A DNA stretch of 64,000 nucleotides from the NCBI GenBank assembly GCA_043228905.1, contig JBHGNT010000009.1, positions 15,128,001 through 15,192,000 on the forward strand. The letters run 5' to 3'. Both the position numbers and the translations under genes were made by a program. Each line of letters starts with the position of its first letter. Position 1 is the first letter of the stretch. Of the stretch, positions 57,954 to 64,000 are shown one piece after another. The DNA is from Azolla caroliniana (taxonomy: Eukaryota; Plantae; Polypodiophyta). The notes under the pieces are model-generated. The model was not told where the DNA came from, did not search any database, and saw nothing but the letters and a program-made list of their open reading frames with translations.

Positions 57954-60872
57954 GCGCTCCTCGACCTCCTCGGTCGACTTGTCTGCTCAATAGGCCCATC
58001 TCAGCTCCTTCATTGTTGTGACTCCGACGCTTGTCAACATGTTGTCTCCTCCATATCAGCGTTGACTTTCGCTACCTCGTTGTCTGTTCGGCCTTTAGTT
58101 GATTCAGCGTCTCCGAATCGAACTCCTCTTTTAAATCGGGTGTCTCCTATTTGTTCCAGCTCTTGTCTGAATTAGATGTCTCTAATCTGTCCTCTTCCAG
58201 ACCTTTGACCACATCTGCCCCATATTTTGGTTTGTGCCTTTCCCGCATTGCCTCCCCTTTTTTCAGTTGGCTTCGGCTTGGGCTCTCCGTTCCGGTGGCT
58301 GCATCCGTTCTCAGCTTTCTTAGCCATACCATGCAATCTGACTTCTTCAGGTAGGCCGAAGTCGAAATTGGTTTCCAACCCTCAGCTTCCCTGTCATCTT
58401 CCTCATCCCTCCTTTCATTCCTCCCCCTCAAGTTCGGCATATCAAGGTATTACACACCTAGTGCACCGGAAAATTGCTGCAACTTGTCTAAGCCTAGGGG
58501 TTTCATGAAGACATCGGTCACCTGCCGATCTGTCAGAACATACACTTGTTCCACTTCACCGGAGAGAACATGCTCTCGGACAAAATGATAGTGCACCTCG
58601 ATGTGCTTAGTCCGGGCGTGAAAGACGGGGATCTTAGCCAATTGGATGTTGTTGAGGTTATCGCAATAGATCACTGTCGGATCGGATACCTCCACCTGCA
58701 GATCCTTTGGGCCCTCTTGAGCCATATGGCTTCCTCAATGTGCTTAGTCCAGGCATGAAAGACGGGGTTCTGGCCAATTGGATGTTGTCGAGGTTATCGC
58801 AATAGATCACCATCGGATCAGATACCTCCACCTGCAGATCCTTTAGGAGCCTCTTTAGCCATATGGCTTCACATGTCGCGACATACGCTCCTCGATACTC
58901 AACCTCAATCCTCAATAGTGTAACTGTCAGTTGCTTCTTACTACTTTTGGCGACCGCAGCGCTTCCTAGTGAAAACGCATATCCGGATGTAGACCTACTG
59001 TCGCCGGCATTTCCGGCCCAATCGGCATTTGTGTAGCCAACAAGTTGTTCGGCTACACCGGTACGATATGGCAACCCCCTGTCCTTAGTGCCCTAACATA
59101 TCGCAGGATTCGGTGCACGCACTGAAGGTGCTCCATGGTCAAATGCCCATAAATGGAATGATCAACCTGACCGGATAACTAAGGTTCGGTCGGGTGATGG
59201 TCAGATAGATAAGGCCGTCGACTATCTGTCTGAACCTTTTCGGGTCGCATGATGTTCCAAAGTCAGGGCGGAGCTTCACATTCCCGTCGAGAGGGATCGA
59301 AACGGATTTGCATTCCTTCATACTGAATTTGAAGAGCATACTCAGCACATAATGTTGTTGACTGATCAGTATGCCCTCCGGGGTGCGGATGATTTCGATC
59401 TCGAGGAAGTAATGAAGGTCCCCAAAATCCTTCATGTCGAACGATGTCATAGGTTGGGACTTGATGCGGCGGATTTCGTCCCGGTCAACGCCAACGATGA
59501 CTAAATCATTAACATAAAGTAAAATACTAACTAGCCCGTTCTGACCTTGCCAGATGAAGAGAGAAGAGTCTGATTTTGACGGAGCAAACCCCATCCGACG
59601 CAATCTCTGCGTGATCTTCGCATTCCAGGCACGCGGAGCTTGCTTGAGTCTATAGAGGGACTTCTTCAATCGGCACACTACAGATGTATTCATGTCGTAC
59701 TGAAATCCGGGGGGCTAAACCATATACAGTTGTTCCTGAAGATCGCCTTGCTGGAACACGTTCTTTACATCCATCTGATGCAGATGCCCCCCCTTCGCCA
59801 CGGCCACCGCAAGCAGGACACGAATGGTAGTCATCTTTGTGACCGGCATGATTGGCGCAAACATCTCATCATAGTCGATATCATGCTGTTGTGCGTAGCC
59901 CTTTGCCACTAACCAGGCCTTGTACCTGTTGACGGAGCCGTCGGTGTTATATTTAACTTTGTAGCCCGGCAACCGATCAGCTTCACTCCGTTCAGTACGT
60001 CCACTAAATCCCACATCTCATTTTCCATAAGTGGGTGCATCTCTTCCTCCATAACGGCACACCAATTTGCGTCCTTCGTTGCATCTGGGTAGCTCTCTAG
60101 TGCACAGCTGCCACCTTCACCATGTACGCATAATGATGCACCATATACTCATTGTAGCCGTACCTTTTTATGGGGTTCTTCTAGCGGGTGGATCGTCCCA
60201 GTTTCTGCGCTGTCGATTTCTTGGCCTTCTTGGTTGACTCGGATTTCTCTTCCGAAGGTCCATCTTCGATCTGTCCAGAGTCGGATCTGCTCCGATCCGA
60301 CTCGTGTCTGCCGGTGTCCTATTCCGACATCTTCTTCTTCCACTTTTATTTGTGTGTGAACCATCTCCTTGGTTCCTTGCGTGGGTAGAGCACGGCCGAG
60401 TCGTCACTACTCGCCGGCTCTTCACCTAACTAGTCATCCCAACTCAGTCACTCATTCGGCCCACTTAGTCGGGATGAGATCAGACTCTGATCTTCTACCC
60501 ATATCGTTTTGGGCTAACAGGCCTCATCCTCCGGAATCGGGTTGGAGTCGAACATCAGAGCCAGTAGAGAGTACCATGGTGCCGACTCATCTGAATTCGA
60601 CATCTCGACTCACTCGAACTTGTTTTGTTTCGGGGGTTATAGCACTTATAACCCTTTTTCTCATGTGAGTAGCCGATAAGGATGCACTTCTCCGACTTCA
60701 GGTCCAGCTTTCGCCGCTTCTCATCCGGCACATGCACATATCCAATGCTACCGAATATCTTTAGGTGACTTAAATTTGGCTTCTGCCCAAACTACAGCTC
60801 ATGGGCTAACACCTTATCCCTGATCTAGTTTTAGGTGTAGATGGCCGTCCTAACCGCTTCGGCCCAATAGAA
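57954..60872 (-). mobile_element. Copia internal region (INT C-terminus, RT, RNase H, 3' extension), probably the body of H
   Basis: HQMDVKN, YVND and HARTKHIEVHYHF motifs, with a ~137-bp duplication in RNase H (about 58598-58870). Confidence 0.88.
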
Positions 60873-63800
60873 CGCAAAAGAGAGCAGAACACAAAAGCTA
60901 TATTCAAAAACGATATAATTACTCTGCACATACAACTATGCTCAGTAGCATTATTTATACAAGTCCTCGTGGGACTGACAAAAGTACCGCATACTTCAAT
61001 GCTCACACGAGCATCTGACACTTACTACGAGACTGTAATTGCCTATTAGTCTACACTAATACTAGGCTCCCGGTTACTGATTGGATCCGGCTAATAGGCT
61101 CCCCAGCTCACCGGCTCTATTGCTTGCCGGCTCGGTTTCTCATAGCTTACCGATCCGTCTCGCTTGCCGGCTCCAGTTGAGCTTGCCTCTCAACACTCCC
61201 CCTCAAGCTCAACTTGAGGTTGGATCCTAGTGTGAGTCTCTGTGGCAGTTGGTTCTTCCAACCGACTTCTCCTGGCGTTGCTCCGCCTTGCTCGCGCTCC
61301 CCGTCCGGTCCGGTTCTGTTTGCCGCGACCCCTCTTGTTCTACACGCCTCGATCTTCTCGGTCGATATGTCTGCTCAATAGGCCCCTCTCAGCTCCTTCA
61401 CTGTTATGACTCCGGCGCTTGCCGATCCGTCAGTTCCTCCGCGATGGCATCGACTTCCGCTACATCCGTGTCTGCTTGGCCTTGAATTGATCTGGTTCAT
61501 CCAAATCTATATGTTGAACCGAATCGATTGTCTCCGATTCGTTCCAGCTCTTGTCTGAATCGGTTGCTCCCGATTCGTCTTTTGGTTCCAAGCCCTTCAC
61601 CACATCGGACCATGTCCGGGTCTTGGCCTTCTTCCTTCGGTCAGCTCTGTCCTTCTTGACTCTGCCGCCTTCTGTTCTTCCCTCACCGGCGCAATCGGCA
61701 TTCTCTTTGTCTTTGCCCGTTCCGGTGTCTTTGCCCGTTCTCCCCCTCAAGTGTGGCACGTCGAGATGTTGAACACCAAGAATTTCGGTGAAGTGCTACA
61801 ACTTGTCCGAGCCGAGTGGTTTGGTGAAGATGTCGGCAACTTCCCGATCCATGTGAACATACCGAAGTTCAACCTCACCGCTCAGGACACGCTCACGCAC
61901 GAAGTGATAGTGCACTTCTATGTGTTTTGTGCGAGCATGGAATACGGGGTTCTTGGCGAGTTGCATGTTGCTTATGTTGTCGCAGTAGACCAGAATCGGG
62001 GCCGGTACCTCGATCCGTAAGACTTGCAGCAGTTGCCGAAGCCAAATGCCTTCACAGGTGGCAATGGTAGCGCCCCGATACTCAGCCTCAGTGCTCGACA
62101 AAGCAACTGTTGGCTGCTTTTTGCTGCTCCACTCAACAGCCGCGTTACCTAGAGAAAACATGTAACCAGAGGTTGATCGGTGATCTAATGCATCGCCGAC
62201 CCAATCGGCATCCATGTAACCGACGAGCTCTTCGGTTATACCTCGCCGGTATAACAGTCCCCGGTCCTTGGTGCCGCTGACATACCGCAATATCCGTTGC
62301 GCGCACTGAAGGTGCTCCACGGTCGGCTTCTGCATGAACTGACTTATCATTCTGACCGGATAGCTGATGTCGGGTCGCGTGATAGTCAAGTAAATAAGGC
62401 TTCCGACAATTTGTCGGAACCGTTGCTCGTTGCAGGCCGGTCCAGAGTTGGGACGAAGCTTCTGGTTCCGGTCCAAGGGTGTGGATACAGGTCGGCATTC
62501 TGTCATGCCAAACTTGTACAGCATATTCAAGACGTAATGTCGTTGTGAGAGCAATATGCCGTCCGGGGTTCGGATCACCTCGATCCTTAGAAAATAATGA
62601 AGGTCCACCAGATCCTTCATCTCAAATGCGTCCGACAACTGGGACTTGACGCAGTTGATTTCTGGAACACCCGGTTCGGTGATGACTAGATCATCAACAT
62701 ACAGTTGTACACATACCGGACCGGTTGGGCCTTGCCGGATGAACAATGAGGAGTCCGATTTGGAGGTCACAAACCCCATCTTACACAACCGGTGCATGAT
62801 CTTCGCATTCCAAGTTCGAGGGGCTTGCTTCAGGCCGTACAACGACTTCTTCAGCCGGCATACCGCCGATTTGTTCATCTCCGATTGAAAACCGAGAGGC
62901 TGAGTCATAAAGACTTCTTCTTCAAGATCACCTTGAAGAAATGCATACTTCAGATCCATCTGATGAAGATGCCACCCCCTTGCCGCAGCAACCGCCAGCA
63001 CCACTCGAACCGTCGTCATCTTCACTACATGAGCGAAGGTCTCGTCGTAGTCGATTCCGTGGGTCTGCGCATATCCCTTCGCCACTAACCGGGCCTTGTA
63101 CCAGTTAACTGAACCGTCGTCGTTGTACTTTACTTTGTATATCCACTTGCATCCGATCGGTTTACAGTGACGAGGAGGGTCAACCAGGTCCCATGTCTTA
63201 TTCACATCAAGTGCCCGCATTTCTTCCTCCATAGCGGCACACCAATTTGCGTTCTTGGCCGCTTCTGCATAGCTCTCCGGCTCACGCACTTCTGCCAACT
63301 TAGTCATGTACGCATAGTGATGCGCCATGTACTCATTGTACCCGTACCGCTTGATGGGATCCTTCTGGCGGGTGGACCAGCGTAACTCACCGTTACCCGG
63401 TTTGAGGCCCTTCTTGGCCGGTTCGGTCCTCGTTGCCGAAGATCCGCCTTTCTCCTTGCCAGAGTCGGGCATACACCGATCCGACTCATCGTTGCCAGAT
63501 TCGAATTCCTGCATCTTCTTCTTCCCCTTCTCTTTGCGCGTGAACCGTCTCCTCGGTTCCTTGCGCGGGGAATGCACGACAAAGTCTCCACTACTCACCG
63601 GTTCCTCATCGGACTAGTCAGATTGACTCAGTCTCTCATTCAGCCCACTCAACCGGAACGATTCCGGACTCTCATCCTGAGTCCACGCTTCATCATCCTC
63701 TACCTGGGCCGGTTCGGGATCACTAGCCTCATCCAACGGCATCGGGTCAGATTCGGAAGTCGGAGTCAGTAAGGAGTACCAGAATGCCGATTCATCAAAC

Positions 63801-63921
63801 TCGACATCTCAACGGATTTGGACGTGCTTTATCCAGGGGTTATAACACTTATAACCCTTTTGCTCTTGAGCATAGCCGACTAAGATGCATTTTTCCGATT
63901 TTGCATCCAGCTTCCTCCTCG
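60873..63921 (-). mobile_element. Copia I (D family): partial 3' LTR ~60873-61195, PPT, RT-RNase H
   Basis: 600-aa ORF 61796-63598 with YMAHHYAYM, HQMD, YVDD and ADIFTKPL; PPT at 61196-61206. Confidence 0.92.
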
Positions 63922-64000
63922 GTGCTTTACTATTGTACATTGTGATATAGTGATAGTTTGCAGTCTATGGGCTGCCGTGGTTTTTTCCTAGTTTGGGTTT
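63922..64000 (+). repeat. Fragment of a J-family LTR in the opposite orientation (runs off the window)
   Basis: Reverse complement of AAACCCAAA...AACCACGGCAG...CTGCAAACTATCACTAT...TGTACAA at about 45508-45575. Confidence 0.75.

Noticed and set aside
47390-57958. ACGCT/GCGCT as a TSD for element K
   Set aside because: The left flank is plus-strand gag of G and the right flank is the minus-strand 3' region of H, so they were not contiguous. The family also makes 4-bp TSDs and starts TGTCG.

Overview
This window is plant heterochromatin, probably from a bryophyte or other non-seed plant (inference), with no recognisable host gene. From about 3.45 kb onward it is almost entirely a multi-layer nest of decayed LTR retrotransposons. 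(i) Four Ty3/gypsy elements primed by tRNA-Trp: one near-complete autonomous element (6735-13395, -), two gag-only non-autonomous elements (3681-15701, +; 19854-31300, -), and one whose LTRs carry a 105-bp satellite (about 47395-57953, +). A related AT-rich solo LTR is also present. Where both ends survive these have 4-bp TSDs. (ii) At least seven Ty1/copia elements or remnants, with tRNA-iMet PBS and 5-bp TSDs where these survive. They include a Tnt1/Tork-like element whose LTR holds a 54-bp minisatellite. (iii) Two related orphan elements that encode a coiled-coil protein and carry a tRNA-Arg 3'-end sequence directly against their LTR. The most notable signals are a conserved -1 frameshift cassette (GGAUUUU plus a predicted pseudoknot) between protease and RT in two divergent gypsy elements, CpG-centred (RCGN) gypsy target sites, the tRNA-Arg motif at the apparent PPT position, a conserved hairpin enclosing the copia PPT, and satellite arrays arising inside LTRs. 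All calls were made by eye from the sequence and the ORF track; no database searches were run.
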